Below, one piece after another: positions 63,101 through 64,000 of a DNA stretch of 64,000 nt. A program made the translations under genes and the position numbers. Location of the stretch: positions 2,604,001 to 2,668,000 of the forward strand of contig NC_135769.1 in NCBI RefSeq assembly GCF_052425735.1. The letters run 5' to 3'. Position 1 is the stretch's first letter. Each line of letters begins with the position of its first letter. Below the pieces are notes generated by a model that saw only the letters and a list, made by a program, of their open reading frames with translations, made no database searches and had not been told where the DNA came from. The stretch comes from Oculina patagonica. Taxonomy: Eukaryota.

Positions 63101-63841
63101 ATTTCACAGCTTCTACGAAAGGTGATTCTTTTAATGTACTTCCAGTCATTCTAGTTTATAAATGTATTACATATGACCAACATTTCTGTAGCTTATAATT
63201 TTCTAAGTTATCAAGCAAGAGTTTAAGCCAAGCTGGGCCATTTTATTGTGTTCTTGGGCAAGGTGCTACTATCACATACCTCTTTTTACCCATGAGTATG
63301 TATCAGTCCTACAAAGGATAAGCATTCCTTCAGGGATACGTCGTTCACTTCAAACTTTAAATCAGTCGTTGCCCTCTTTGATGGACCAAAAATAATTATT
63401 AATATTGGTCTGTCATATTTATCAGTGTTAGTTTGTTAAGACATAGACAAGCAAAACTGATTGATAAAATCTGACTCTTTGAAGTCATCACGATGGCATT
63501 GTCAAGATAACTTATGTAAAAAGTGTAAATAACAACAAGTATTTAAAGCAGTGTTGTTGCCAGTTCGTGTGTTTTAAGTTGCACTCAGGCCACAATGCTC
63601 CACACAGCCATGGCTTATCCCAGTTTCCCCAGTCCCCTAGGTGGATACAAGTCCAAGTTACAGTGTACTAACTACAGTGTATAGGAAACTGACTGTCTCT
63701 CTAACACACCGGTAAAAATGATTATACTAAAATTTTGGTGTTTTTCCTGTAGACCAAGGAGCAAGACTTGGTACTCCCTGCACATAAGGCAGAGGCTGGA
63801 GATGAATACACTGGAGCGACTGTCATCGAGCCATCAAAAGG
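57151..63841 (+). CDS. POLD1: DNA polymerase delta catalytic subunit, 5' part (continues past the right edge); exons 57151-57376, 58750-58982, 59489-59686, 60415-60595, 61381-61613, 62006-62362, 62930-63121, 63753-63841
   Basis: [36 protein letters not shown], Exo[25 protein letters not shown], Exo[20 protein letters not shown], Exo[34 protein letters not shown] and [10 protein letters not shown]. Confidence 0.97.
57623..58164. mobile_element. PIF/Harbinger-type MITE
   Basis: TIR tgtatcagtcaaatcgaaggttcaacatcccccc / ggggggatgttgaaccttcgatttggctgataca, TTA on both flanks. Confidence 0.85.
59044..59403 (-). mobile_element. 360-bp non-autonomous RTE-derived retroelement (bipartite 5'UTR plus 3' tail) with a 13-bp TSD
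   Basis: gttgaatggcagt at 59031-59043 and 59404-59416. The RTE-like block ggtcctccaggttgggggttgggc...cccgtaaaac is present. It starts with an HDV-like ribozyme. Confidence 0.78.
59240..59403 (-). ncRNA. HDV-like self-cleaving ribozyme
   Basis: P1 GGGGUC/GACCCU with a G1-U wobble; long J1/2 with hairpin gagagcuac/guagcucuc; P2 UGUCAC/GUGACA; P3 ACC/GGU; L3 UCCACGUUU; P1.1 CC/GG; short P4 UAC/GUA; J4/2 G-C-U-G-A with the catalytic C at 59249. Confidence 0.75.
59697..59945 (+). mobile_element. SINE-like dispersed repeat
   Basis: Same family as 16870-17112. Confidence 0.65.
60666..60922 (+). mobile_element. Penelope-like element 3' remnant (GIY-YIG C-terminus plus decayed hammerhead)
   Basis: Frameshifted [15 protein letters not shown]....DG.YKLPP..; ctgaaaaa-gactgtg-agata-catggtc-gaaagcttc at 60850-60885; terminal inverted repeat tctcgtcacaa / ttgtgacgaga. 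Confidence 0.6.
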
Positions 63842-64000
63842 GTGAGAAAAGACTTCATGTTATCTCTAGGTGAAGTGTGGAAGAAAGGTGGTCAGGGTTT
63901 TCTTTTTCAAACAGAGTCGGTGTAAAAATAGAAAAAATTGAAAACAGGAGGAGAAATTAACAAAAATAAGTCTTGAGAAACCCAAGGATTGTTTTGCAGT

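Overview
This is AT-rich animal genomic DNA with many introns. The repeat landscape and gene set suggest an anthozoan cnidarian such as a stony coral (inference). Protein-coding genes, left to right: (1) ACSS3-like acyl-CoA synthetase on the - strand, running off the left edge, with an apparently intact 3-exon orphan gene nested antisense in one intron; (2) three tandem copies of a gene similar to the plant/fungal 'pathogen-related protein' family; (3) a secreted selenocysteine glutathione peroxidase with an in-frame UGA and a canonical type II SECIS; (4) a GNAT with a single coding exon, resembling the actin N-terminal acetyltransferase NAA80 but carrying an N-terminal membrane anchor and an internal CCDC53/WASH-type helical motif; (5) two tandem PNPLA2/ATGL-like patatin lipases; (6) the 5' part of POLD1, running off the right edge. 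Introns and intergenic DNA hold many MITEs, SINEs and LINE fragments. The most notable non-coding signals are predicted self-cleaving ribozymes. One is a ~530 bp palindromic Penelope-type insertion carrying two opposed hammerheads, nested three layers deep in other transposons. Another is a 360 bp RTE-derived element in a POLD1 intron whose 5' end is exactly G1 of an HDV-like ribozyme. A third is a decayed Penelope hammerhead. Exon boundaries were read by eye from GT/AG sites and frame continuity; family assignments are from recalled motifs, with no database search run.
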